Assembly: GCA_050117845.1 (NCBI GenBank) | Contig: JASFLY010000006.1 | Span: 1-64,000, forward strand | Length of the DNA: 64,000 bases | Source of the DNA: Candidatus Zixiibacteriota bacterium | GTDB taxonomy: Bacteria; RBG-13-66-14; B26-G2; WVWN01 | Direction: 5' to 3' | Shown: positions 32,037 through 42,134 of the stretch, one piece after another | Numbering within the stretch: position 1 is the first letter of the stretch | Layout: each line of letters begins with the position of its first letter | Position numbers and translations under genes: made by a program | Notes under the pieces: model-generated | The model's database searches: none | What the model was told of the DNA's origin: nothing | Seen by the model: only the letters and a program-made list of their open reading frames with translations

Positions 32037-32059
32037 GGCAAACTACTTTCGGGAAAGCT

Positions 32060-32509
32060 ATGGAACTTATACTATTAAAGAACGTTGATAAGCTGGGGCC
32101 GCGCGGCGCTATCGTAAAAGTAGCGCCCGGGTACGCCCGCAATTACCTCATCCCCCAGGGCCTCGGGACGCCGGTCACGGCGAAGAACCGGGCCGCGCTC
32201 GAAGCCGAAGTCGAACGGGCCGGCCGGCGGGAGGAGCGTCTCCGCGCCGGAGCCGAGGAGGCCGCGGCGAAGTTCGTCGACGTGTCTCTCCGGTTCGAGA
32301 AGCTGTGCAACGAGAGCGGCGAGCTTTACGGAAGCGTTACGGCCGCGGAAGTGGCGGAAGCCCTGGCCGAACGCGGCTTCGAGGTAGATAAAAAACAGGT
32401 GCTGTTCGACGAAACGCCGTCCCACATCGGGATCTTCGCGGCGCATATCAAGTTCGCGGAGGGCGTCGAGGCGTCGGTTTCGATTACGGTCGTAAAACCG
32501 GAGGAGTAG
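32060..32509 (+). CDS. rplI: 50S ribosomal protein L9
   Basis: V.VAPGYARNYLIPQG, LYGSVT. Confidence 0.98.
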   Translation: MELILLKNVDKLGPRGAIVKVAPGYARNYLIPQGLGTPVTAKNRAALEAEVERAGRREERLRAGAEEAAAKFVDVSLRFEKLCNESGELYGSVTAAEVAEALAERGFEVDKKQVLFDETPSHIGIFAAHIKFAEGVEASVSITVVKPEE

Positions 32510-32513
32510 CGCG

Positions 32514-33893
32514 GTGGCCGAGGCGCGGGAATATCCCCAGAGCCCGGATGCCGAGCGCGCGGTGCTCGGGGCCATGGTCCTCGACCGCGACGCTTTGCAC
32601 GAGGGTCTGGAGCGGCTCGAGGAGGACTCCTTTTTCGCGCCCGCACACCGTCACGTTTTTTCGGGCCTGTTGGAGCTCTTTCGGAGTGAGGCCGACGTCG
32701 ACGTCGTTACCCTCGCCGACGCCCTCAAACGGCTCGGCAAACTCAAGGACGCCGGCGGCACGCAGTACCTCCTATCCCTGGTCGAGGACATTACGACCGT
32801 CGCCTCCTTCAAGCACCACCTCCGAGTGCTGGAGGACAAGTACCTTCTCCGCTCGCTTATAAACGTCTCCGTGGACCTCGCGGCCCGGGCGACCGCCGAG
32901 AGGGAAGACCCGCACATGCTGGTCGACGAGACCGAGGCCCAGGTCTTCGCCATCGCGGAAAGGCGCCTTCGCCAGGACTTCGTGGCGGTGGGCGACGTCG
33001 TGGGCGGCGTCTACGATGCCATAGAGGCGCGCTCCAAGAATAAGGACCACATCTCGGGCCTGGAGACCGGCTACCTCGAGATAGATGATCTCACGGGCGG
33101 CTTCCAGCGGCAAAACCTTATCATCCTCGCCGCCCGGCCGGGTGTGGGGAAGACGGCGCTGGCTCTCAATATGGCCCAGAACATCGCCGTCGAACGCGGC
33201 ATCCCGGTAGCGGTGTTCTCGCTCGAGATGTCGCGCGAAGCGCTGGCCCACCGTCTGTTGTGCTCCGTCGCCCGCGTAGACCTATCGGTGGCGCGGACGG
33301 GGCGGTTGTCGTCTCTTATGTGGCGCCCCCTGACCGAGGCCGTCAACAAGCTTTCGGACGCGCCGGTCTACATCGACGATTCGCCCGCCCTTAATATTTT
33401 GGAGATTCGGGCCAAGGCGCGGCGTGTCAAGGCCCGCCGCGACGTTCAATTAATAGTAGTCGACTATCTTCAGATGGTCCACGGTTACGGCCGCTACGAG
33501 AACCGCCAGACGGAAATCGCGGCCGTATCGTCGTTTTTGAAGGCGCTGGCCAAGGAGCTGAACGTGCCGGTTTTGGCCTGCGCCCAGCTCAGCCGGGCGG
33601 TCGAGCGCCGCGTCTCCGGGGAGCCCCAACTCTCCGACCTTCGCGAATCGGGCGCCATAGAGCAGGACGCCGACGTTGTGATGTTCCTGCACCGGCCTTT
33701 GACCGAGGGTGAGGAGGACGACGGCGGCGACCAGCATTTCGCCGAGACCGACGTAATCCTGGCCAAACAGCGCAACGGCCCCACCGGCCGCGTTAAACTA
33801 ATGTTTATACGGAAATACACTCGCTTCGAAAACGCGGCCCGCCGCGAAGAATCGTACGTGCCGCCGGTTTCGAGCGCGGAGGAGGCGTTCTAG
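32514..33893 (+). CDS. dnaB: Replicative DNA helicase
   Basis: AARPGVGKT, FSLEMS, VDYLQ, QLSR, LSDLRESGAIEQDAD, KQRNGPTG; no intein. Confidence 0.98.
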   Translation: MAEAREYPQSPDAERAVLGAMVLDRDALHEGLERLEEDSFFAPAHRHVFSGLLELFRSEADVDVVTLADALKRLGKLKDAGGTQYLLSLVEDITTVASFKHHLRVLEDKYLLRSLINVSVDLAARATAEREDPHMLVDETEAQVFAIAERRLRQDFVAVGDVVGGVYDAIEARSKNKDHISGLETGYLEIDDLTGGFQRQNLIILAARPGVGKTALALNMAQNIAVERGIPVAVFSLEMSREALAHRLLCSVARVDLSVARTGRLSSLMWRPLTEAVNKLSDAPVYIDDSPALNILEIRAKARRVKARRDVQLIVVDYLQMVHGYGRYENRQTEIAAVSSFLKALAKELNVPVLACAQLSRAVERRVSGEPQLSDLRESGAIEQDADVVMFLHRPLTEGEEDDGGDQHFAETDVILAKQRNGPTGRVKLMFIRKYTRFENAARREESYVPPVSSAEEAF

Positions 33894-33896
33894 GCC

Positions 33897-35165
33897 GTGG
33901 CCGCGGAACGGAGCCGAGCGGCCGCCGGGATATCGCCGGGACTCGAGGCCGGCGCGGAGAATAACGGCGCCGAACGCGGCCGCCCCGTGGCGGACCGCGA
34001 CCTTTGGCAGAACCGCGTCTACGTGGACGTCGACGCCTTCGCCCGCAACGTCCGGGCCATTAGGGCCCACATAGGCCGGCACCGCGAATTCATGGCCGTG
34101 GTCAAGGACGACGCCTACGGCCACGGCGCCGCCGTGCTGGGGCGGGTGGCGGTGGCGGAGGGCGTGGACGTTCTGGGCGTGGTCAACGTGGACGAGGCCC
34201 GGGCCCTGCGCGTTTCGGGCATTACGTCGCCCATCCTGGTGCTGGGCGTGACCGCCCCCGCCGGCGCGACCGAAATCCCCCGATGGGGCCTCTCCACCGT
34301 CGTGTGCCAACTCGAGTTCGCGGAAGCGCTCGAGCTGGGGGCCCGGGAAGCCCGCCAGCGCGTCCCGGTCTTCGTCAAGGTGGATACCGGGATGGGCCGC
34401 TTGGGCCTCGCGGTGCGCGACGTGCCCCGCTTCTGCGACCGCCTGCGCGAGTTCCCGCACCTCTCCCTGCAGGGACTGATAACCCATTTACCGGACGCCG
34501 ACGACAAGGAATTCTCGCACGGCCAGGTGGCCGCATTCCAGGGTCTCATCGCCGACGTGCGGAGCCGCGGATACCCCCTGCCGCGCAATCACCTCGCCAA
34601 CAGCGCCGCCGTACTGAACATGCCGGAAGGGTACTTCAACATGGTCCGCGCCGGCATAATCCTCTACGGCCTCTACCCCTCGGACGCCGCCGCCCGGCCG
34701 GTGGAACTCGACCCGGTTATGAGTTACCGGACGCCGGTTATCTTCTCGAAGGAAGTCCGGGGCGGCGATACGGTATCGTACAAGCGCGTTTACGAGGCCC
34801 CGGAGGATACCACCGTCGCGACGACGCCCCTGGGCTATCGCCACGGGTACCTTCGCTTATTGTCCAATCGGGCCGAGGGGTTGTGGCGAGGCCGCCGCGT
34901 ACCGGTGGCGGGCGTGGTCTGTATGGATATGACGATGTTCGACCTCGGGCCGGGGGCGAGGCCCCGCCTGGGAGAAGAGATTACGGTTCTGGGCCGTGAC
35001 GGCAACGAACAGATTACGGCGGACGAAATCGCCGCCCGCGCTGAGACGATATCGTACGAACTCATCACCGCCCTCGGCATGCGGTCACGACGTTACTACC
35101 TGCACGGCGGCCGTCTCGACCCGGAGCCGCGCGAACGCCGGGCCTTGAGCGGCCAGTATTTCTGA
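33897..35165 (+). CDS. alr: Alanine racemase (start uncertain)
   Basis: AVVKDDAYGHG, KVDTGMGRLG, HLANSA, VCMDM, TISYE. Confidence 0.93.
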   Translation: MAAERSRAAAGISPGLEAGAENNGAERGRPVADRDLWQNRVYVDVDAFARNVRAIRAHIGRHREFMAVVKDDAYGHGAAVLGRVAVAEGVDVLGVVNVDEARALRVSGITSPILVLGVTAPAGATEIPRWGLSTVVCQLEFAEALELGAREARQRVPVFVKVDTGMGRLGLAVRDVPRFCDRLREFPHLSLQGLITHLPDADDKEFSHGQVAAFQGLIADVRSRGYPLPRNHLANSAAVLNMPEGYFNMVRAGIILYGLYPSDAAARPVELDPVMSYRTPVIFSKEVRGGDTVSYKRVYEAPEDTTVATTPLGYRHGYLRLLSNRAEGLWRGRRVPVAGVVCMDMTMFDLGPGARPRLGEEITVLGRDGNEQITADEIAARAETISYELITALGMRSRRYYLHGGRLDPEPRERRALSGQYF

Positions 35166-35205
35166 TAACCCGGCCGTCGGGCGCGTACGCCCGGCGGTAA
35201 AATAT

Positions 35206-36342
35206 ATGTTCTGGTTCCGAACTGGCTTAGAGGCTTGCGCGGCCGCCGCTTTGGCGGCCGTTGTCTATCATTACGTCGGCTACCCGGCCCTGCTGTGGGT
35301 GGTCGGGTTGTTCGTCGGGAGGCGGCGCCCGGCGCCGGACCCGGCGGCCCGGCCGTCGTTGTCGGTTATAATCCCGTGTCACAACGAGGCCGGGAGCCTG
35401 CCCGGCAAACTGGAAGATTTAAAGGCCGCCGACTACCCGGCCGACCGGCTCGAGATCATCGTCGTGTCGGACGGCTCGGACGACGGGACCGAGGAAGCGG
35501 CGGGCCGCTGCGACGGCGTACGCGTTCTGGCTTGGCCCGAGCGGCGCGGCAAACCGGCCGCGCTCAACGCCGGCGCCGAGGCGGCCTCGGGCGATATCCT
35601 TGTTTTTACCGACGCCAACGCCCGCATCCCCGGCGACGCCCTAGCGGAACTCGTCGCCCCCTTCGCGGACGCCGCCGTGGGCGCGGTGTGCGGCGAGCAG
35701 GTTATTTCGCGCGGGGCGAAGTCGGAAGGGATGTACTGGCGCCTGGAGAGTCTGGTCAAGCGGCTCGAGGCCGGCGTAGGGTCGGTCGTCGGCGCGGATG
35801 GTTCGCTCTACGCCGTGCGGCGGGAGCTGTACCGCCCCGTGCCGGCCGACCGCCTCATTATGGACGACTTTTACGTATCGCTCTCGGTGGTCGCGGCGGG
35901 GCGCCGGTTGGCTTACGCCCCCCGGGCCGTGGCGCACGAGGAGGCGCTGGACGACGGCCGGCGGGAATTCCGTCGTAAGGCCCGCATAATGGCCGGGTCG
36001 CTCGCGGCCCTGTCGGCCCTGCCGACGAGTATCTGGCGGCGGATCCCGTTCCAGCTGTACTCGCATAAGGTATTGAGGTGGCTCGGGCCGGCGTTCCTCG
36101 TGGCGGCGATCTTCGCGTCGGCCGGCGCGGCGGCGCTCGGAAGCACGGCGGGCGCGGCGCTCCTCGCGGCCCAACTCTTGTTTTATGTTTGCGCGGTGGC
36201 GGGCTGGGTCCTGGGCGGCGGGCGGGCGCCGTTCGTTTTCCGGGCGCCCTTTTTCTTCGTGATGGCTAACGCGGCGCTTGGCGCCGGATGGTTGGAATAT
36301 TTCGCGGGCCGCAACGAAGCGGCGTGGGATAAATTGCGCTAA
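35206..36342 (+). CDS. GT2 family glycosyltransferase with TM helices
   Basis: IPCHNE, SDGSDD, GKPAALN, FTDAN, MDDF. Confidence 0.92.
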   Translation: MFWFRTGLEACAAAALAAVVYHYVGYPALLWVVGLFVGRRRPAPDPAARPSLSVIIPCHNEAGSLPGKLEDLKAADYPADRLEIIVVSDGSDDGTEEAAGRCDGVRVLAWPERRGKPAALNAGAEAASGDILVFTDANARIPGDALAELVAPFADAAVGAVCGEQVISRGAKSEGMYWRLESLVKRLEAGVGSVVGADGSLYAVRRELYRPVPADRLIMDDFYVSLSVVAAGRRLAYAPRAVAHEEALDDGRREFRRKARIMAGSLAALSALPTSIWRRIPFQLYSHKVLRWLGPAFLVAAIFASAGAAALGSTAGAALLAAQLLFYVCAVAGWVLGGGRAPFVFRAPFFFVMANAALGAGWLEYFAGRNEAAWDKLR

Positions 36343-36362
36343 CGAGACCGTGGAGGTTTACC

Positions 36363-38210
36363 GTGAAGCGTTTAATGATAATCGGGTTATTAACGGGCAT
36401 GGCCGCGGCCGCGGCTTCGCCCCTGTCTCTTGTCGAAGTGGATGTCGCGGATGCCGGGGACTTCGAAGCTTTCAGGGCCGACCTCGACTCGCGGTGTATA
36501 CTCGTAGGCGGATACGCCTATACGGCCGTGGCCGAGGAGGATTTGCCGACCTTCGACGCGGCCGGCCGGACGTGGAGCGTCGTCGTTGCGGCCTCCGCGG
36601 AGGAGCGTTTCTTGGTATTGCCGGGGGCGGCGGCCTACGACGGACGGTACGTCCGGACGCGGGACCTGGCCGGCGGCAACGTCGTTTATATCCTTGATGC
36701 CGGCGACGCGGCGACGTTGATACCGCTTTACGCGTTCAACGTGCTGGGGCCGGCGCCGGCCGAGTACGAGAGGCCGGAGCGCGTCGGCGCGCTGTACGAC
36801 CCCGAGGAAGCGGCCGCGACGGAGCGGGTGTCGCAGGCGCGGCTTATATCGGACGTTACCACTTTGCAGGATTTCTACTCCCGTTACGTTTTGTACCACG
36901 GCAACGCGGCGGCCACGGCTTTCCTCGAGGAGGAATACCGGGAAATTATCCGAACAGAGGTTGAGCGGCAGTACTTCCCGCTCGAGATTCCGGCCGGTTC
37001 CGCCGAAATTGCCAACGTCGTCGCCGTTATTCCGGGGGTGCTCAATCCCGACCAACAGATCGTGGTAGGCGCTCATTTCGACTCCTTTACGTTCGCGGGC
37101 GGCGATTCGGTAGCGCCGGGGGCGGACGACAACGCGTCCGGTACGGCCGCGGTGCTGGAATGCGCTCGCATACTCAGCGGCTACGCGTTCGACCGGACGC
37201 TCGTATTCGTCGCGTTCAACGCCGAGGAAGTCGGCCTCTACGGCAGCACTTATTACGCGGACGCCGCCCTGGCGCGGGGCGACGACATCCGGGGTATGAT
37301 AAACCTGGATATGGTGGCATACGAGGCCGGCCCGACCTACGACGGCACCGTCATCTCCGACGGAGCCTCGCTCGATATGGCCGAGCTGATGGCGTCCAAG
37401 GCGGAGAGGTATACGACGGTCGAGATGGGAGCGACGTCGAGCTCGACCGAATGGTCGGACCACGCGCCGTTCTGGGAAAACGGGTACCGGGCTATATGGG
37501 AGTACGAGGGGTGGTCCGACGCCAGTCCCTTCATTCATACATACGAGGATAACGTCGAGAGCCTGAATTCCGATTTCTTCGTGGAGATGACCCGCGTCCT
37601 GGTGGCCACGGCGTACGACCTCGCCGGCCCGAACAAGTCTCCGCTCATGGGGATAGTCCGGCCGGACGGTTCGGATTACGCTGACGAGGCTTACACCGTC
37701 AGCTGGTGGGACGTGGACCAGGACGACGTGGGGCGCGACGCCGAGATTTCGCTGTACTGGGCCGAAGACAACACCGGCGAGGACGGTACTCTCATCGCGG
37801 CCGGCATAGCGCAAAACGACGAGGGGAACCGCGGCTCGTACGAATGGGACACGTCGGCGCTGGCGGCCGGCCGCTATTACGTCTACGGCGTCATCGACGA
37901 CGGCGTTAACGACTCGTATACGGCGCCGAGCGTGGGGCCGCTACGCGTCACGCACGATTCCCGGGTGGTGGCGTACCCCAATCCGGTCCGGCCTCGGGAC
38001 GGCGGTTCGGAAGTGACCTTCGCCGGCGTCTTGCCCGGCGATACGATCGTTATATACGACCTGGCGGGCACGAAAGTGGCGGAGCTCACTCCCAAGGGCC
38101 CGAGCACCACGTGGGACGCGGGCGGCCTCGCCGGGGGCGTTTACATCTACCGGGTCGAGTCGAGCGTGATGGCCGAAACGGCGTCCGGGAAGATAGCGGT
38201 ACTCAAGTGA
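36363..38210 (+). CDS. Secreted M28 metallopeptidase with T9SS type A-like C-terminal domain
   Basis: Signal peptide; GAHFDS, GADDNASG, AEEVGL, NLDM, SDH; C-terminus VAYPNP...IYDLAG...W...GVYIYRV...KIAVLK. Confidence 0.88.
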   Translation: MKRLMIIGLLTGMAAAAASPLSLVEVDVADAGDFEAFRADLDSRCILVGGYAYTAVAEEDLPTFDAAGRTWSVVVAASAEERFLVLPGAAAYDGRYVRTRDLAGGNVVYILDAGDAATLIPLYAFNVLGPAPAEYERPERVGALYDPEEAAATERVSQARLISDVTTLQDFYSRYVLYHGNAAATAFLEEEYREIIRTEVERQYFPLEIPAGSAEIANVVAVIPGVLNPDQQIVVGAHFDSFTFAGGDSVAPGADDNASGTAAVLECARILSGYAFDRTLVFVAFNAEEVGLYGSTYYADAALARGDDIRGMINLDMVAYEAGPTYDGTVISDGASLDMAELMASKAERYTTVEMGATSSSTEWSDHAPFWENGYRAIWEYEGWSDASPFIHTYEDNVESLNSDFFVEMTRVLVATAYDLAGPNKSPLMGIVRPDGSDYADEAYTVSWWDVDQDDVGRDAEISLYWAEDNTGEDGTLIAAGIAQNDEGNRGSYEWDTSALAAGRYYVYGVIDDGVNDSYTAPSVGPLRVTHDSRVVAYPNPVRPRDGGSEVTFAGVLPGDTIVIYDLAGTKVAELTPKGPSTTWDAGGLAGGVYIYRVESSVMAETASGKIAVLK

Positions 38211-39223
38211 GGCGCGCCTGCGTATACGCGGCGTTGTTGCTAATGGCGGCGGCCGGTTGCGGCCGGGGGCCGGCCGACTATACCGCTGGCGGCAAGGCTA
38301 TGGGGACGGTGGTCTCGGCCCGGGCGATCGCGCCGGACGAGGAGACGGCCCGGCGGGCGGCGGAGGCCGCGCTCGCGGCCCTGGCCGAGGCGGAGGATAT
38401 AGCGTCCTATTACGACCCGGATAGCGAGTTGAGCCGCGTCAATCGGGAGGCGGGCGAAAGGCCGGTCCCGATATCCCCGGATTTATTCGAACTCCTGGAA
38501 CTGGCCCGGGAGACGGCCGAAGCCAGCGGCGGGTACTTCGACCCCACGGTAGCCCCCGTTATCGCGGCGTACGGCATAAAGGACAAGGCGCCGCGCTGGC
38601 CGGATGACGAGGAGTTGGCCGGCGTGATGGAGGGCGTCGGATACGAGGGAATAATCCTTGACGCCGGCAATATGACGGTGGCTTACGCGCACCCGGCGAT
38701 GGTCGTCGACCTCTCCGGGATAGCGAAAGGTTGGGCTGTGGACCGGGCCCGGGCGGCGATGGAGGCCGCGGGCGCCACGGCCGGTATCGTCGAGGCGGGC
38801 GGCGAGGTGGCTTGTTTCGGCGGGGGCCCCGGGGCCGAGGAGGCGTGGCGCGTGGGCGTCAAGCACCCGGCCGGCGAGGGCCTGTACGGGACTTTCGAAC
38901 TCGGCGAGGGGGCCTGCGCCACCTCGGGAGGATACGAACAGAAGTACGAGGCGGACGGCCATAAATTCAGCCACCTCTTCGACCCGACGACGGGTCGGCC
39001 GGCGGCGACGGGGCCGGCGGGTGTAACCGTAACGGCGGCCACCTGCGCCGAGGCGGACGCCTGGGCGACCGCGCTGGCGGTTATACCGGCGGCCGAGGCC
39101 GGCCGGATGATTAAACGCGCCGAGGGCCCCGGTAGTCTAATACTGAAGGAGGACGGTAAAAAGATAATTCCGGAAATATGCGGGAATTTCCCGGAAATAA
39201 AGGAATTATCGGGGCGGGAATAG
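38207..39223 (+). CDS. apbE: FAD:protein FMN transferase ApbE (lipoprotein)
   Basis: GTG 38207 gives lipobox AAGC; AMGT, SELSRVN, FDPTV, DLSGIAKGW, ATSG.YE, ADAWATA. Confidence 0.93.
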   Translation: MRRACVYAALLLMAAAGCGRGPADYTAGGKAMGTVVSARAIAPDEETARRAAEAALAALAEAEDIASYYDPDSELSRVNREAGERPVPISPDLFELLELARETAEASGGYFDPTVAPVIAAYGIKDKAPRWPDDEELAGVMEGVGYEGIILDAGNMTVAYAHPAMVVDLSGIAKGWAVDRARAAMEAAGATAGIVEAGGEVACFGGGPGAEEAWRVGVKHPAGEGLYGTFELGEGACATSGGYEQKYEADGHKFSHLFDPTTGRPAATGPAGVTVTAATCAEADAWATALAVIPAAEAGRMIKRAEGPGSLILKEDGKKIIPEICGNFPEIKELSGRE

Positions 39224-39236
39224 TTTGCACCTTCCC

Positions 39237-39265
39237 TTGTATTGGTAAAGTCTTTGTGGTATAAT
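39237..39265 (+). promoter_or_regulatory. Sigma70 promoter (extended -10)
   Basis: TTGTAT-17 nt-TATAAT with TGn. Confidence 0.7.
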
Positions 39266-39296
39266 TGGATTAGGTATACGAAAGAAGCGTGTTTAT

Positions 39297-39791
39297 ATGA
39301 CAACCGATTTAATGGAAATGCGCGTGGCCGTGGTTACCCACGACCCGAACTCGAACCGGCCGGTTCTCATCTTGAAAAATGAGGAGGCCGGTAAAATACT
39401 ACCGATATGGATCGGCCCGTACGAAGCTTATTCGATAATGATGGCTATTGAGGGGGTCGATCCGCCCCGGCCCATGACCCATGACCTCATCAGGAACCTG
39501 ATAGACATCCTGGAGGCGCACGTCGTGCGGGTCGTCGTGAACGACCTGGCCGACAATACGTTCCATGCAAGGATATTTATCGATACCGATGGGGGCATGG
39601 TCGAGGTGGATTCGCGTCCCTCGGACGCTATCGCGATTGCGCTTCGGACCGAGTCACCCATATACGTATCGCGTGATATAATCGAAGTCAACGGCGCGGA
39701 CGCGGAGGTGGAGAGGAAAGAAAGCGACCGCTTACAGAGCTTGCTCGAAAACCTCACGCCCGAGGATTTCGAGTTCGATAAGCCATCGTAG
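39297..39791 (+). CDS. Bifunctional nuclease (DUF151) family protein
   Basis: LPIWIG, RPMTHDL, DSRPSDAIAIA. Confidence 0.95.
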   Translation: MTTDLMEMRVAVVTHDPNSNRPVLILKNEEAGKILPIWIGPYEAYSIMMAIEGVDPPRPMTHDLIRNLIDILEAHVVRVVVNDLADNTFHARIFIDTDGGMVEVDSRPSDAIAIALRTESPIYVSRDIIEVNGADAEVERKESDRLQSLLENLTPEDFEFDKPS

Positions 39792-39931
39792 GTGCGGTGG
39801 GGGGAGCGGTAACGCTCGTTATACGTTATAACGGCAAACGACGCAATTCATCCCGGCGCCGTCGGGGACGGTTTTAAGAAGCGTTCCCGCGGCCTTTGTT
39901 TTTATAACTTATCATAAGTCGGAGGAATCAC

Positions 39932-40582
39932 ATGCGCAACAAAACGTTATTGGTACTCGCCCTCGTGGCCTTCGTCTCGTTCGGCTTCTTCGCGTGCCAG
40001 AAGAAGGAAGAGGCCCCGACGGTAGAGACGGCCGAAGTGGAAGCCCCGCCTGTCGAAGCTCCCGCCGTAGCGACCCCCGAAGAAGCGGGCCCCGAACCTA
40101 TCGCGCCGCCGGCCGACGTGGCGAAACTCCAGATGCTCGACGGCCTGGCGTACACGATCGACGTAGTCGGTTGGGACAACCCGTTCGCGGCCACCATGTG
40201 CGGCCGGGTCCTGGATGACATCGCTATCCTTTCCGGCGTGGCCGAAGGCGAGGAGAAGGAAACCCTCGCGGCCGTCGAACTCGATTTGCGCGCCGTCAAG
40301 TCCAAGCTGGACGACGTCGTGGCGAACAAGGGCACCCTTACCCAGGAAGAGCTCGACTCCATTAAAGAGACTCTCAAGAGTGCCGACGCCAAGCTGGCCA
40401 AACTCTACGGCTACGCGCCCACCCGCCGCCTGACCGAGGCGGAGGGCGACAAGCTCAAAGAGGGCCACCGCATGCGGGAAGAGAAAGAGAAAGAGGGCGG
40501 CGACCTCAAGAAAGAGAAACTCAAGGAAGGCGGCGACGAGCTGAAGCGGAAGAAGGCCGAAGGCGAAGAGGAAGGCAAGTAA
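39932..40582 (+). CDS. Hypothetical lipoprotein with Pro/Ala/Glu linker and charged tail
   Basis: GGAGG RBS; lipobox-like FFAC; own terminator. Confidence 0.8.
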   Translation: MRNKTLLVLALVAFVSFGFFACQKKEEAPTVETAEVEAPPVEAPAVATPEEAGPEPIAPPADVAKLQMLDGLAYTIDVVGWDNPFAATMCGRVLDDIAILSGVAEGEEKETLAAVELDLRAVKSKLDDVVANKGTLTQEELDSIKETLKSADAKLAKLYGYAPTRRLTEAEGDKLKEGHRMREEKEKEGGDLKKEKLKEGGDELKRKKAEGEEEGK

Positions 40583-40609
40583 TAAGCCGCCGGTAAGACG
40601 CTAAAAATT

Positions 40610-40637
40610 AACCCCCGGTTTTTTACCGGGGGTTTTT
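40610..40637. terminator. Bidirectional terminator between convergent genes
   Basis: AACCCCCGGT-ttttt-ACCGGGGGTT plus T run. Confidence 0.85.
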
Positions 40638-40661
40638 CTATGTCTATTGACGCGGGGGGTC

Positions 40662-42074
40662 TCAGCGGCCCCGCACGAGTTCGATTACCTGCCCCGGGCG
40701 GTAGTATCGGGTCAGGAGTAAAACGCCACCGTAGACCGCGGCCCCGAGGGCGACGTTTACCAGCACCGGCAGCGGCCAGCCCAGCGCCAGCGCCCCCGCC
40801 ATCGCCGCGGCCCCCAGCACCGGCCGGAGGATCAACCGCCACGGGTATAGTTTCTTCATCTTCGCGCCGATTATTATAAGGTTGAAAGTGGTCGTCGCGA
40901 GCGCCGCGGTTACGCCGGCCACGGCCGGCCCGAGGTAGGAGAAATGGGGTATCAGTATCAGATTGACGCTAACCGACACGGCGGCGCCCAGGGCGTTGGA
41001 AGCGAGTACGAGCTTCTGGAGGTCGAACGCGAAGAGCGTGGCCGCGGAGAGTTCGCGGATGAATATGGCCACCAGGGCCCAAATGAGAATCGCCAGGACG
41101 AGCCACCCTTCGGCGTAGTCGGCGCCGTAAATGAAGGGGAAGAGTTTATAGGCCACGATGGAAGTCCCCACGCCGATGGGAACGGCCAGGGCCACGAGGA
41201 ACTTGAACGCCGTGCGCGAGGCGTCCCGGAACGGATCCGGGGAGTCGGGCCAGTACTTCGACAGCATGGGGTAAATGGCCTCGCGGAAGGAACCCGATAC
41301 CAGGACCAGCCCCTCGACGATGCGCGACGAGGCGCCGTAAATGCCGACGGCCCGGTCGCCGGCGAGCATTTTCAAGAGGACGGCGTCGCTGCGCCAGTAG
41401 AGGCTGGCGACGAGGGCGGAGAGCGAAAAGGGCACGGCCTGCCGGATGAAGCCCCGCACGTCGGCCCACGCGACGCGGCCTGTGGGCCGCGCGAACTTGG
41501 CGAAGCAGACAATCGCGGCGAAGAGGACCGAGAGGACGTTGGCGGCGGCGTAGAGGCCGATGACGGGCATGACGCCGGCGCCGACGCTGACGGCGATTAT
41601 TACGAAGGCGAGGGTGCACAGGTTGTTGAATACGAGGACCAGCGCGACGAATTCCATTCGCTCGAAGCCCTGGAATACGTCGGTGAAGGAGGCGAGGATG
41701 CCGGAGAAACCGAGGGCCGCGGCGGCGAGGGCCGCGCCCAACGCCGCGTCGCTGCCGGTGATGAGGTACACCCCCATGGCGACGGCGACGATTACCATCG
41801 CGCCCGCGGCCCGGACGACCAACGATACCGTCAAGTAGCGGGGGGCGTCCTCGCGGCGGCGGGCGATTTCCCGCACGACGAGGGGCGTCATGCCGGCCTG
41901 GAAAATAACGATGACGAGCGTGGCCACGGCGAACGAGAACGTGAACACGCCGAAATCGTCGGCCCCCAGGTGCCGGGCGATGACCACGGCCGCCACGAAG
42001 GAGATAAGCTTGGCGGTGAAGCGCGCGAGCGCGAGCGAGATATAATTCCGGGAGAGGCGGCTTTGGGGGTTCAC
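40662..42074 (-). CDS. Polysaccharide flippase (Wzx/PST family)
   Basis: ARHLGADDFG, VVREIAR, AVGIY; about 14 hydrophobic segments. Confidence 0.9.
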   Translation of the reverse strand: MNPQSRLSRNYISLALARFTAKLISFVAAVVIARHLGADDFGVFTFSFAVATLVIVIFQAGMTPLVVREIARRREDAPRYLTVSLVVRAAGAMVIVAVAMGVYLITGSDAALGAALAAAALGFSGILASFTDVFQGFERMEFVALVLVFNNLCTLAFVIIAVSVGAGVMPVIGLYAAANVLSVLFAAIVCFAKFARPTGRVAWADVRGFIRQAVPFSLSALVASLYWRSDAVLLKMLAGDRAVGIYGASSRIVEGLVLVSGSFREAIYPMLSKYWPDSPDPFRDASRTAFKFLVALAVPIGVGTSIVAYKLFPFIYGADYAEGWLVLAILIWALVAIFIRELSAATLFAFDLQKLVLASNALGAAVSVSVNLILIPHFSYLGPAVAGVTAALATTTFNLIIIGAKMKKLYPWRLILRPVLGAAAMAGALALGWPLPVLVNVALGAAVYGGVLLLTRYYRPGQVIELVRGR

Positions 42075-42134
42075 GGCAAAAAATTAAGGCCGAACGGTTC
42101 CGTCCGACCGGAAAGGGCGTTTCGGGTCCGGGGC

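Noticed and set aside
36363..39223. M28 peptidase as flavinylation substrate of adjacent ApbE
   Set aside because: No convincing Dxx(S/T)GA(S/T) motif seen in it or nearby proteins.
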